From the NCBI GenBank assembly GCA_000004985.1, contig GG738914.1: 64,000 bases of DNA; one strand, 5' to 3'. This stretch comes from Naegleria gruberi. Lineage: Eukaryota. Position numbers and translations under genes: made by a program. Below are positions 30,207-41,200 of the stretch, in pieces. Each line of letters begins with the position of its first letter. Positions within the stretch are counted from its first letter, which is position 1. Under the pieces are notes generated by a model. That model saw only the letters and a list, made by a program, of their open reading frames with translations. It was not told the origin of the DNA and did no database searches.

Positions 30207-31664
30207 ATGAAGAGGTCTGCCTTCGAAATTTCCACCACCAAACAACAGCAACCCACAAGCAATTGTGCAGAAGAACAAGCAAACAAGAGGAGACATTTCT
30301 CTCCAGAACTATCACTTTCCACATTGGATGCATTACCACTTCACACGATTTTCTTTTTCCTTTACAATGATTTATCATCACAATTAGCACTCTATGGAAC
30401 CTGTGCTAATTTTACGATATTTGTCAAAAGTGAAAAGCAAATTCCTTTGAATGGAGTGTTGCAACTCAAGAAATTCACACAGGAAAATCCTGATATTTCC
30501 TTGATTACTTTACATTATAGAATGTGTGGATTGTTTCAGCAATATGCATGGCTACATGATTATTCCATTTTCGAATTTCCAAAATTAGCAAAAGATTTAC
30601 CTCAATCCTTGATGGAACATTGTAAGAATGGATTGATTCAAGCTGTTTATGCATATCGTAGTGAGTTTTATGGAGGAGGATTTACATATTTGGAAGTTGC
30701 TGTAAAGAAGGTCAATTCTGATGAGAAGATTAGTTTGAAATTTAGTGAATTGAAAACTATTCATGGAAGAGATTTTCAAGTTGTTAGATCTTTGGATGTT
30801 TCAATTGATAACACAAGAGTTTTCAATCGAAGAGGCATTACTGATCTGGAGGCCTTGGATGAATTGACTCAAAATGTAGAAATTTGTAAGGAGATGAAAG
30901 GCATTGAATTATTGAACTCATTGTTCAGTATTTCTATGAATGAAAAGAAAATTTCTAAAGAATCTCGGCCATCACTCTACCCAAGATTTGCAAGAGAGCA
31001 CGAGACAATTATTGACACATTTATGAGTGAAGTTGTTGATGTAAAGGATGTGGATTCTTTCTCATCAATTTGTGAATTGGTTTCAATTACTGAAAATTTA
31101 TGTCGTGTGAAAAAGAGAGAAGAGGATGTTAATGAAGAAGAAGAAATAACAAAAGATGATGAAGAAAATCCCAATAAGGAAGCAGAATTTGATTTGTTTG
31201 AATTTGTGGCACTTGTTAAACACAATATCAATTATTTATATTATGATGGGTACAGTAACTATAGTACTGCCTATATTGATTGTAATTTGAAAAGAAAGGA
31301 TAATGGAGAGATTGTTTCTGTTTCTGTAACTGCAATTGTTGGACCAAGCTATACTGGAATAGGTGTAGAGTTGGATATGTTGGTCAATGGTGAACTGGCT
31401 CTAACATTCAAAATGGAAGAAGGAAGTGTCAAACCAAGCAAAAAACAAGACTGTTTTGAAACTTTTGTTGAGAGTTTTAAAACTTCCAAAAATCCAAATG
31501 AATTTGCTGCTGACATGTTAGAATTCAGTATTTCCAAGCCAAAATGGGCTGTTTATTCTCTTTATGATATGGAAAATTATAAAACTGGAATCACAACAGA
31601 AAATGGTTATCCAATAGAGTTTATTTCTGAAGTATTGGAATTTTTCTGTGAAAAAACTGAATAG
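30207..31664 (+). CDS. Hypothetical 485-aa protein (N-terminal F-box-like LDALPLHTIFFFLYNDLSSQLALYGTC)
   Basis: ATG at 30207 and an uninterrupted ORF. No confidently recognised catalytic domain. Confidence 0.45.
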   Translation: MKRSAFEISTTKQQQPTSNCAEEQANKRRHFSPELSLSTLDALPLHTIFFFLYNDLSSQLALYGTCANFTIFVKSEKQIPLNGVLQLKKFTQENPDISLITLHYRMCGLFQQYAWLHDYSIFEFPKLAKDLPQSLMEHCKNGLIQAVYAYRSEFYGGGFTYLEVAVKKVNSDEKISLKFSELKTIHGRDFQVVRSLDVSIDNTRVFNRRGITDLEALDELTQNVEICKEMKGIELLNSLFSISMNEKKISKESRPSLYPRFAREHETIIDTFMSEVVDVKDVDSFSSICELVSITENLCRVKKREEDVNEEEEITKDDEENPNKEAEFDLFEFVALVKHNINYLYYDGYSNYSTAYIDCNLKRKDNGEIVSVSVTAIVGPSYTGIGVELDMLVNGELALTFKMEEGSVKPSKKQDCFETFVESFKTSKNPNEFAADMLEFSISKPKWAVYSLYDMENYKTGITTENGYPIEFISEVLEFFCEKTE

Positions 31665-31717
31665 AAATATCACATTGTAACTGATAAAACAAATGACTCT
31701 GTTTTCTATTATATTTT

Positions 31718-34700
31718 TTAATCAAGATAACTTCTAAACGCACAACAAATACCATTAATCAATCCAACGTGATTGAGGTAAGCTGTGTGGTTCATCTTTT
31801 TGGTCATTCTATCTATAATTGAGGCGTTAATCTTCTTCTTTTTGGAACCATCAAAGGCCTCTTCCTTTTCATCTTCACTACTATCGTCTCCAGTTTCTGG
31901 TTTCATAAAGGAATAAGTTCCAATAGACGAAACATCTTCATATAAATCACCAGAGTTATGCTTCTTATTAAAAACCTGTACAGATGAGTATTCCTTCTTT
32001 TCACTCTTACTGAAAAGATTACTCATATCGCATTTGCATCTGATAATTTTCACATAGGAGAAGGTTTCCTGAAGATTGGAAATCATTCTCTCCAGAACAT
32101 CTTTGGAAGACTTTTTCTTGTTACTCTTCTTTCCAAATGAAATGTTATCAGACCAAATCAATGCAGACTCAATTGGAACGTATGTGTCTTGTTCTGATCC
32201 AATCAGCAAGACTTGTTTGAACCATGACAAATCGTTTGTCATTGAAAGTTTAAATAGCAAGCATTGTTCTAACTTGTGGCTTTCATAATTGGTCTTGTTA
32301 TCTTTCGAATCTTTTACATCAGAATGATCCTCCATGGATAATTCTTGTAAACATTTCTCCTTTTTAAAGGATTTCAAAAACCAAATTCCAGCCCTTACTA
32401 AATTATTGGAGGCAAAACTCTCGTTATCCTTGTTAATCAGTGTTTTAATTGGACCAATACCAAGGTGAGGCACCGACAAACTCACAAAGGTATGCAAGTA
32501 TGGAAAGACAGTTTTCCAGCTTGGTCTAAAGTAATAGAAGGCTGATCTCATAATTATTCCACCAAGTGAGTGGCAAATGAAACTAACTTTGTGGAAGAAG
32601 ATTTCATTTTCCTGAATCATTTGAGTAATTTCATCAGTTACTAGTTTGGCCATTATTTTGATTGGTGCATTGTGGAGCTCACTTGAAGTATCTTTAGTGT
32701 GCAGCTTATCAAGAGATTTGACAATATAAAACTGGTGTCTATCATCTGGGAAGTGAAGGCCAAGGATTGTTTTAAATGTAACAAAATCGTAATGACTGGA
32801 CTTGTAGCCAGGGATAAAGATAATTAAGTGATTCTTTGTAAGTGCTCCAGCATCTACCTTTTCTCCAACCAATAGTCCTTTCTTTTCAATTTCTCTATAT
32901 TCATCCTTGGGTATTAATTGTGGTTCAAGATCATCACCCATTATATCGGCCACTGAAAACAATGGCTCTGCTGGCTCTGAAACTTCTGAAATTAAACTAA
33001 ACTTGGAAAATCTTGGATAGAAAAATAAATTATTATCAATCAAATTATCAATTGAGGTGGTGATACATGTCTTTTCAGGGTACGGATCATTAATAATGGA
33101 ACCTCCAAACACGGATTGATTACATTGGTCACTATCTCCATTCCAAAACTTTTCAAATCTTTGTATAAAATGTTTTTCCAAGTTATCTACCAAAGTTTTA
33201 GGATCGTTCACTATGGTGTTTTGTTGACAATACCATAAATCTTCAATACTCTCAAGAATTGGTGTAAATTTGGTGATAATAAGATCTGGAATTAGTTCAA
33301 CATTTCCAACAGACTCAATGAGAGCACTCAGCTCGTCTAAAAATTGTTCCACTTCCTTGTTTTCTTTTCTTTCCAATATATGATGGTATTGATTTGATAA
33401 TCCACTTGTGGAGGCAAGCTCTCTTAATGAATTTGTTGTTGGCATTGGTGGTTGAGTATTTCTTGTTGTTGTGTTACCACTTGCTGTTGATAGATTCAGA
33501 GTTGGTAACACTGGTGATGACAAACTTTGAATTTTTGAATGAATATCAGAGTAGGATTTTCTTCTCTTTCCTGAAAGGGGAACCTTTTTCGATGGGGAGG
33601 GAGGAACCTCAGAATCAGTAGGTGAAACAATATTAAGTTCTGGAATATCAGATACGGAAATTGATGTGCTGGAGGATACATTCATAGTACTTGCTGATTT
33701 GTCAATGTTGTTCGACTTCTTCTCTTCTCCTATTGTCATGAGCGATATTCTTGAACCCATGAGGCAATTGAGAATCTCCTTTGTGATTTCCAGAGTGTAA
33801 GCCACAATTTCCTTCTTTTTCCACCTCCTATTTCTTTTCAACAAACTTGGAAAGAGAATGTTCAGTATCTTGATTAAATTCTTCTCGTAGGACGAAATAT
33901 TAGAGAACCAAGTCTCATCGAATTCAGTCTCTGGATCCTTATTCTCCTCAATTTCAATTACAGGTGATGAGCAACTCATCTTTGATGCAACCACTTCCTG
34001 ATTCTTCAAAAACGTAAAATCTTCCAATGACCTTGGAATATCACTGCCGTACGAAACGTCAATCATTACACAATGGATTGAAGACTTTACAATACTGTAA
34101 TACCAATTTTCAAAGATGGCTGGATAGGCAATATTGTATCCTCTCATTGCTTTTCTAATGGTGATTGTTCTGTCTGCAACTTTTACAAAATCATTGACAT
34201 CCAATTGTTTGATCTTGTATTCGTACTTGTTTGAGTGCATTGCCTTCTCGAATTTCTTTTCCTCTCGTTGAACTTCTTCCTTATCCTTCGGAAGATGAAA
34301 TAATTGAAAATCAATATCAATTAAATTATGCTTTAACAAAATTGCAATATCTGCAGTAAAATCAAAGATGAAAACCTCATTCAATAAAACCTCTTGTTCT
34401 CTATATCTGATATAGAAAACTTGACTCAGTTTTGAATTGTTATAAACTCTTGTTGTCTCTTCCTTAACAGTTTGATTCATACTCAAATCAATACCATTCC
34501 TCATCAATGATTGACTCAGAACAGTAGCATTCGGTGGTGTTGGAGGACTGGTTATTATTGCTGTTGAATCCACAAAACGAACAGAAAAGTCCGAGGCTGA
34601 ATTATTATTTACATGATTAGCATCATATTTGCCACTTCTTCCATCCTTTGATGAATGCAAAATAAAGGAATTAATATGAAAATCCGATAAGGAAGCATCA

Positions 34701-34960
34701 ATAGATCCATCATGATGTAAATTACTATTGCTACAACTACTATGAGAATTATTGTGAGAGGCAGAAGAACCCTTTTTGTATTTATGTTCCCTACTATGAT
34801 GATGAAGAGTATTTTCTTCTTGTTGATGATTTCTTCTATTCACCTTTCCAAAACGTGGATTCACCTCCACCCTCACATAATAATAACCCTTGTGGAGCAT
34901 TCCCGAGTTGATGAATCTCTCCATATTGACCATCAGCCTTACTTTGCCCTTGAACGTCAT
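31718..34960 (-). CDS. Large DUF676-type putative serine hydrolase (FAM135-like, alpha/beta-hydrolase with GHSLGG nucleophile elbow)
   Basis: ATG at 34960. C-terminal block LIIFIPGYKSSHYDFVTFKT...VSFICHSLGGIIMRSAF...LSVPHLGIG matches the DUF676 lipase-like consensus. Long low-complexity N-terminal half. Confidence 0.6.
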   Translation of the reverse strand: MTFKGKVRLMVNMERFINSGMLHKGYYYVRVEVNPRFGKVNRRNHQQEENTLHHHSREHKYKKGSSASHNNSHSSCSNSNLHHDGSIDASLSDFHINSFILHSSKDGRSGKYDANHVNNNSASDFSVRFVDSTAIITSPPTPPNATVLSQSLMRNGIDLSMNQTVKEETTRVYNNSKLSQVFYIRYREQEVLLNEVFIFDFTADIAILLKHNLIDIDFQLFHLPKDKEEVQREEKKFEKAMHSNKYEYKIKQLDVNDFVKVADRTITIRKAMRGYNIAYPAIFENWYYSIVKSSIHCVMIDVSYGSDIPRSLEDFTFLKNQEVVASKMSCSSPVIEIEENKDPETEFDETWFSNISSYEKNLIKILNILFPSLLKRNRRWKKKEIVAYTLEITKEILNCLMGSRISLMTIGEEKKSNNIDKSASTMNVSSSTSISVSDIPELNIVSPTDSEVPPSPSKKVPLSGKRRKSYSDIHSKIQSLSSPVLPTLNLSTASGNTTTRNTQPPMPTTNSLRELASTSGLSNQYHHILERKENKEVEQFLDELSALIESVGNVELIPDLIITKFTPILESIEDLWYCQQNTIVNDPKTLVDNLEKHFIQRFEKFWNGDSDQCNQSVFGGSIINDPYPEKTCITTSIDNLIDNNLFFYPRFSKFSLISEVSEPAEPLFSVADIMGDDLEPQLIPKDEYREIEKKGLLVGEKVDAGALTKNHLIIFIPGYKSSHYDFVTFKTILGLHFPDDRHQFYIVKSLDKLHTKDTSSELHNAPIKIMAKLVTDEITQMIQENEIFFHKVSFICHSLGGIIMRSAFYYFRPSWKTVFPYLHTFVSLSVPHLGIGPIKTLINKDNESFASNNLVRAGIWFLKSFKKEKCLQELSMEDHSDVKDSKDNKTNYESHKLEQCLLFKLSMTNDLSWFKQVLLIGSEQDTYVPIESALIWSDNISFGKKSNKKKSSKDVLERMISNLQETFSYVKIIRCKCDMSNLFSKSEKKEYSSVQVFNKKHNSGDLYEDVSSIGTYSFMKPETGDDSSEDEKEEAFDGSKKKKINASIIDRMTKKMNHTAYLNHVGLINGICCAFRSYLD

Positions 34961-35203
34961 GTTGTCTCGTGCTGCTGATTTTTTATTTTCCTTATTGGCG
35001 CGATAATTTTTGAGAGAGTTTATTTGAGATATTTGTCAATGAACAACACGAAGAATGAGGTTTTGAAGGGTTTTGTTTCAAAGTGGGGAAAATAAGGAAC
35101 TGGTGTTGATGCCTTAGATTGACAAGCAATGATGGAGCGAAATTTTAAAAGGATGTTGGATGTGGTATGTTCTGATATTTGTTGTTATGGTATTAAACAA
35201 GAA

Positions 35204-35274
35204 GCGTCGATGGTTTAGTGGTAGAATACGGCGTTGCCATCGCCGTGACCCGGGTTCAATTCCCGGTCGACGCA
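35204..35274 (+). tRNA. tRNA-Gly (anticodon GCC)
   Basis: Acceptor GCGTCGA/TCGACGC+A. D-loop AGTGGTAGAA. Anticodon loop TTGCCAT. T-arm CCGGGTTCAATTCCCGG. Followed by T5 run. Confidence 0.9.
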
Positions 35275-35822
35275 TCTGAAAGATATCAATTTTTGCTTTT
35301 TACTCTTGTAATTGCACTTTCAATTTTTTACTATATAAACTAGACATGTGGGACTATGATTCTTCCAAATATCTCATTCTGATATTTTATATTGATCGAG
35401 ATAATAACCGCAGTTTTGACCTCATTTTTTTACTTGACTTTTTTAAAGTTGTAAAAAAATAAAATCAATTAGGATTCTGTTCACTATCTTTCCTCTGTGT
35501 AATTACTAGCTATTACTTGATGAAAGGAAACATGAAATTGAAGTCTTCATTCATCTGATATTTATGTATCTTGGTTTCGGTTCCACAAACCTGCAAGGTG
35601 TTGGCGAGAAGGAAATATTTTGTTTTACCGGAGATGTTTTTTGTTCTTAAAATTGCCCGAGATGAATTTTTTTGAATACGAGAAATTGTTCATTGCCAAA
35701 TTTGTTCTCCGATAAGTGAAAATTTAAGGTTTTGGTTGGATCATCATGGATATTGAAAAAACAATAAGAAAAAATAACCCTACTGCTAATTTAAACATTA
35801 TATAATATATTATTGATATAAA

Positions 35823-36920
35823 ATGGCATCTAATTCAATTCCAGCACTTTTTGAACCAATTACCATAAGAGGAATGACCTTAAAGAATAGAATTGTGGTC
35901 GCACCAATGTGTCAATACTCTTGCAATGATGGATTTGCAAATACTTGGCATCAAATTCATGCTACTTCGAGAATTGTTGGTGGAGCTGCATTATTCATTA
36001 TGGAAGCCACAGGAGTTTCGGCCATTGGAAGAATTTCACCTAACTGTTTAGGATTATATAAGGATGAACATGTGGAAATGTTGAAAACCATTGTAGATCA
36101 ATCACATGAATTGGGTGGAAAGATTGGAATTCAATTGGCACATGCTGGACGAAAGGCAAGTTTAGGTAGATTATGGGATAGTGGAAGATTGGCTTTATCT
36201 GAAGATAGAGGTGGTTGGGAAGTTGTCGGTCCATCTGAATTGCAATTTGATGATATTCACAAAATGCCAAGGGAAATTACCATTCCAGAAATTGAGGAAA
36301 CTATTAAGGATTTCATTGAGGCTGCTAAGAGAGCTGTTAAAGCAGGATTTGATGTGATTGAGATTCACGGAGCTCATGGTTATTTGATTCACTCGTTCAT
36401 GTCACCTGTGTCAAATTTGAGAACTGACATGTATGGTGGAAGTTTTGAAAATAGAACGAGATTATTGTTGCAAATTGTTGATGGAGTGCGAGGTGTTATT
36501 CCTGAGGAAATGCCATTGTTTGTGAGATTGTCATGTGAAGATTATATGGAAGAAGGTTGGACAAGTGATGATACTGTCAAAGTTTCACAAATTCTCAAAG
36601 ATCATGGTGTTGATTTGATTGATTGCTCAACCGGTGGAACTAAACCAATTCAAAACGTTCATGGTTTGGTTGTTGAACCTGGTTATCAAGTTAAATATTC
36701 AGTTGCTATCAAGGAAAAGGTTGACATTTTGACAGGAGCTGTTGGTAAATTAGAAGATCCAATTTTGGCCAATAAGGTCATTGAGGAAAAGAAAGCAGAC
36801 CTCGTTTTGATTGGTAGAGCCATGATGGGTGATCCTTACTGGGCTTTGAGAGCTGCCAAAACTCTTGGTTATGCCAATGCTGGAATTCCGCCTCAATACG
36901 GTTTCGCCATCAATTTGTAA
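35823..36920 (+). CDS. Old Yellow Enzyme family NAD(P)H:flavin oxidoreductase, YqjM-like (thermophilic-like) subclass
   Basis: ATG at 35823. PMCQYS (Cys-type N-terminal motif), HAGRKAS, IEIHGAHGYLIHSFMSP, GRAMMGDPYW. About 365 aa, typical length. Confidence 0.85.
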   Translation: MASNSIPALFEPITIRGMTLKNRIVVAPMCQYSCNDGFANTWHQIHATSRIVGGAALFIMEATGVSAIGRISPNCLGLYKDEHVEMLKTIVDQSHELGGKIGIQLAHAGRKASLGRLWDSGRLALSEDRGGWEVVGPSELQFDDIHKMPREITIPEIEETIKDFIEAAKRAVKAGFDVIEIHGAHGYLIHSFMSPVSNLRTDMYGGSFENRTRLLLQIVDGVRGVIPEEMPLFVRLSCEDYMEEGWTSDDTVKVSQILKDHGVDLIDCSTGGTKPIQNVHGLVVEPGYQVKYSVAIKEKVDILTGAVGKLEDPILANKVIEEKKADLVLIGRAMMGDPYWALRAAKTLGYANAGIPPQYGFAINL

Positions 36921-36981
36921 TGTTAAATATTTCAAAAAGTATTCCAATAAATTTAAATTATGAATTCCAAATTATTGTAAA

Positions 36982-38328
36982 TTATTGTATTGAACAGTTT
37001 TTCTTCTTATCCTCATCATTTGATTCCTCTGCTTCTGGAGGAACTGCTCCATTGATTTCTTCCAACATTTCTCGAATGTCCTTTGCTAGTTCTTCACGAC
37101 CTTCCTTGAGAGTGAGTGGTTTGGTGAGTACTCTGAATTCCATTGGTCGATTTCCCATCAATATTTCATTACTCACTGGATCATTCCAATCAAACATGCA
37201 AGGACTTGCTTGTTTTGAAAAGCTGTTAATTTCAATCATCCAAATCTTACTCACTGTACAATCACCAGTCTCATTCTTATCATACTCCACTGATACATCC
37301 AATACGAAGTTCTCTGTAGTGCTCAATCGTTTGGAAACCTCTTGAGCTAGCTCTTCAATTCCCTTCTGAATCTGTTCCTTCAACGTTCCATGTTGAATAT
37401 CCTCCAAATAACAAGTTCTGAAATATTGAGTAATACCAGTCACTTGATGTTTCATTTCCTTTTCAAAATACTTGACAAACACTCGGAATTCATACTCTGG
37501 TCGTTTCATCTTTTTAAAAAGTCGAGCCACAAACTTTTGTCCAGGCAATTCACATTCTGGAGTTTTTTTCAGTTTTTCATCAATGAATAAGAGGGCTCTA
37601 AAAAGATCAGCATACATTCTCTCAGAGTGAATAACCAGATTCATGGCTTGCATTGCATTTTGGACACAGAGTTTGGCGTTGAGGGTTCTAACGACAGCCA
37701 ATGGTTCATTGTAGGTCAATTCTCTATTCGAATCTTGTGAATTCTTGACAAGTTCTTGTTTCAAATGTTCCATAAACGATTCTCTGTGTTTGAGACAACC
37801 ATCTTTTGGAGATCTTGTGGATGCACGTACGAAATATCCATTATTTCTATATTCACAATCGGAAGGCATAGATTCAAAAGTTTCGTGTAAATTTAAAGCA
37901 AGTTGTTGAATGAGAGTTGCATCCTTTTGTGTGAAAATCTTTTGTTTACGCAAGTTTGGTTCATAATTTTCCAAATCAACTTCACTTCCTTCATTAGAAA
38001 CACTTTCGAATAAATAAAAATTCTCAACAATATTCGAAGGCTCACAATTAGCAAATCTTTTCATCAATTTAACTTTAGCTCCCTTCAAATAATAATACAC
38101 CTTCTCCTCATCCAAATCTGTCCTATTCGAAAGCTCTGGAATTAATTGTCTCGGATATTTGTGAAAAATTTCATACAAGTGAACAACTGCATTTGCTTGT
38201 TCGATTGTGATTGGCATGAATTTAGTGACAAAAGTCAGTGGGTTGCCATCAAAGCAACAATCATACCAATCCTCCACCCGAAAATCGTAGAATTTCTTGT
38301 GTGATGATGGACTTTCTTGTGATGACAT
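36982..38328 (-). CDS. CDC123: CDC123 / D123-family protein (ATP-grasp-like cell-cycle / eIF2 assembly factor)
   Basis: ATG at 38328. FVRASTRSPKDG and WMIEINSFSKQASPCMFDW match D123-family signature blocks. Acidic tail. Confidence 0.65.
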   Translation of the reverse strand: MSSQESPSSHKKFYDFRVEDWYDCCFDGNPLTFVTKFMPITIEQANAVVHLYEIFHKYPRQLIPELSNRTDLDEEKVYYYLKGAKVKLMKRFANCEPSNIVENFYLFESVSNEGSEVDLENYEPNLRKQKIFTQKDATLIQQLALNLHETFESMPSDCEYRNNGYFVRASTRSPKDGCLKHRESFMEHLKQELVKNSQDSNRELTYNEPLAVVRTLNAKLCVQNAMQAMNLVIHSERMYADLFRALLFIDEKLKKTPECELPGQKFVARLFKKMKRPEYEFRVFVKYFEKEMKHQVTGITQYFRTCYLEDIQHGTLKEQIQKGIEELAQEVSKRLSTTENFVLDVSVEYDKNETGDCTVSKIWMIEINSFSKQASPCMFDWNDPVSNEILMGNRPMEFRVLTKPLTLKEGREELAKDIREMLEEINGAVPPEAEESNDEDKKKNCSIQ

Positions 38329-38434
38329 TTTTTTTATTGATTGTAAAAGATCTCTAAAATGTTCACTTTTCTTAAACTATGAACTTGTTTAGAACTAGCA
38401 GTAACCTATTTCAAAGTTCAATTATTGTAAGGAA

Positions 38435-40916
38435 TTAACCAATTGTTTCATTATCAAATAATTTCTCTAATTCCCTTTGAAAATCTTTCATTAAAATTGG
38501 TTTTTTTAATACCAAGTCGAATCCAGATTCTAGTAATGATTCATCACTCCCAAACATTTGCAGTTACTGCTACAATCTTGCATTTTCTCTCCTTCTCAAT
38601 TGACCTAATGAGTTTGCAACATTCCTTTCCACAGATAATTGGCATTAGTAAGTCCAATAAGATTAAATCAAAATTCATTTCCTTTTTGAATGTTTCTAAA
38701 GCTTCTAATCCATCACATGCTGTTTGAGAATTAAATCCAAGATTGTTTGTCATTTTCTGTAAAACTTTTCTATTGACTTGGTTGTCATCAACAACAAGAA
38801 CCTTTTTGGAATGAAAAATTGAATTAGAATTGGAAGGAGCAATTGATGTGAGTTTGGTTGATGAAATTTTAGAGTGGATTGTGGTAATAAAGTGTTCAAT
38901 TCGAGTAGGTAGGTAAATGTCAGATGTTGACAATTGAGAGGAATGCCTGAGACTCGTAGAAATAATTATAGCATTCGTAGTGATTGGACTAAATGATTCA
39001 ATAGTAAATATTTTTGAATTAGATGGGTAAAATATCAGAACTTTTGATTGTGGAAGGGTATTTGATTGGAAATATTTTGGAATATTTCCAATAACATCAT
39101 TTAGAGATTTCAAAGTATTAACTTTCATCGAATTTACATTTGGATAGATGGATCTACACAGTTGCTCTAAAGAATAGGATAAATTATCATTCTCTTCTAG
39201 AATTAAAACTTGTCTGATTGAAAAGTTCTTAATTTCCTCAATTTCCTCAGAAATTCTTGAATCAATTTTCGCAATTTGAGACATGTTACATTTCTTTAGA
39301 GGAATGTAGATTGTTACTTTGGTTCCAACTCCAATTTCACTCTCAAAATTGATTTTTCCATTCATTAGCTCAATGAATTGATTCGAAAGTGATAAACCAA
39401 TTCCATGGCTTTCGTGGAATGAGCCTCTATTTTGATTAATAACAGAATAAGAGTAATACCTTTCAAAATCCATAGATGCACCATCAACAGTGTGAAATGG
39501 TCGGAATAAATTACGAATATCTTTTGTTGGTATTCCAATACCAGTATCCTGACAAGTTACTTTCAAACATATAAATTCCTCCGTATCAATAATGCTCCTT
39601 CCCTCTAAGAATGGATAATCTTCATCTGTTTTATCACAAACTGTGCAATTCAACATAATACTTCCTTTTTTAGTGTATTTGACAGAATTAGAAACAAAGT
39701 TGAGCAAGATTTGTGACAATCTAACATGATCTCCTATCAAATATAGTGGAACCTTATTTAAATCAAGAACAGATTGCAGCATCAGTCCTTTTTCTTTGGC
39801 TAAATTTGTGAAAACTGACAATATTGAATCAGTCAATTCTAAAATATTAAATGGAAAGTTGTTGAGCTTAATTTTACCAAGTTCTAAGTTGCTAATCTGA
39901 AGATAGTTCGAAAATACATCCATGAAAATCTTGGAATTGCTTTCAATATCATGTAATAATTCTAATTGAGCCTTCAAGTCGTTTTGCAACCTAGTGACAA
40001 ACTTTCCAAAACTCTCTATTTTCAATCCCACCAAATTTTGTAAAGTTTCCGAAATCTTTTTCATATCTAGTTGCATTAATTCAACAGTAACCAAAAGTCC
40101 ATGTAATGGATTTCTCAACTCATGAGACAAATTGGAAATAAATTTCGTCTTGGATTTGTTCATTTCTTTTTGATTGTAAAGAGCAATTCTGGAATTAATG
40201 GTTTCATCGTATTGTTGTTCCACTAAATCTTCATATACAAATCCAATAAATATGGGAGTGCTGAATGCTATGATCGGTTCCAACAGTTTGATTATTCTAT
40301 CTCTGTTCGAATCCCAAATATGTTGAAATACGTAAGGTGTTTGCCTTTCTAGATGCGTTAAGGTAAAGAACTTGCCTCCATTTCCTAAATGTTTCGAACT
40401 ATACTCAAAAGCAAGGTACTGTGCAACAATATTCGAAATGAAAATAACCAGGAAGTTCAATATCAACATTTTCTTTCTAAAATAGGAAGTATGAGTCAAG
40501 GTCAACAAGGCATACATATTTATCAACCAGATTGGAACTTCCCTTCCCAAATAAACCTGCATGGTCAATCTGACCATCGCATTTGCCACAGTTTTGGCTA
40601 AATACCCAAATTCCAAAGTATTCAAATGATTCAAATCTTTGCTCTTCAACACTGCTCTACCTGCAATTGCATTCACAATCAAATCAATCGCAACAAGTAT
40701 CAAGAAATTCACTCTCTCAATAAAATTCTCAATCCAAAATGAACAAATCAGAAGAATCATGACGAAATATCCCAAAAAAACTGGAGCCATTCGTTGTTGG
40801 ACACTATTAATCTTCATTTTGAATTTGATATTGTCCATGCATCTTCCCTGTTGCTCCTGCTTAGCAAAAAGATTCGGAAGAATTTGAGAAAGCTGTTTGG
40901 CGTAGTAATTGACCAT
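38435..40916 (-). CDS. Membrane-anchored hybrid histidine kinase (multi-TM sensor region, HisKA, HATPase_c, C-terminal receiver). An apparent 1-nt indel near 38568-38578 truncates the receiver domain
   Basis: ATG at 40916. H-box LSHELRNPLHGLL. N/G boxes (NSVKYTKKGSI, DTGIGIP, GIGLSLS). Receiver VLVVDDNQVNRKVL...DLILLDLLMPIICG...IVAVTAN, then stop. The +1 frame immediately continues MFGSDESLLESGFDLVLKKPILMKDFQRELEKLF, the canonical receiver C-terminus. Confidence 0.75.
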
Positions 40917-41136
40917 TTTTTTGTGATGTTGAGGAGATATTGAACATCATGATGAATTATTTACATATCATCCTACATCGTCTTCGGTTTTGATCCATAT
41001 GATATAATTTTTTCTAAATATTCATAATCTCTTTGATGATGAACTTCATAAAGAAAGACTTAGTAGTATGGACGGCAGGTTATCTCATAAGGCCAGTTTT
41101 CATTAGGATAAAGAGATGAATGATGATGAAGTATTT

Positions 41137-41200
41137 TTTTAAAAAAATAAATATCCCTAATGACGGAAATAAGTGGTAGTTTGCAAAAAATCGAGGGGTA
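41137..41200. repeat. Left arm of an inverted-repeat pair (partner 42861-42900)
   Basis: tttttttaaaa..atccctaatgacgg..(16-19 nt)..tgcaaaaaa here. The reverse complement of 42861-42900 reads agattttttttaaaatccctaatgacgggatttacccctgaactgcaaaaaa. Confidence 0.35.

Noticed and set aside
36920-37345. 141-aa plus-strand ORF
   Set aside because: Antisense to the CDC123-family gene. No start context or domain.
38565-38580. Programmed +1 ribosomal frameshifting at the TGA stop (Euplotes-style) in the histidine kinase
   Set aside because: An indel about 10 nt upstream gives an exact length match to the receiver consensus (TAN-xM-xGxDE). The stop-codon slip would delete two conserved positions. The other frameshift sites need -1/+2 shifts and lack a common motif.
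38443-38727. 94-aa plus ORF overlapping the histidine kinase 3' end
   Set aside because: Antisense to the receiver domain, whose other-frame continuation explains the region.
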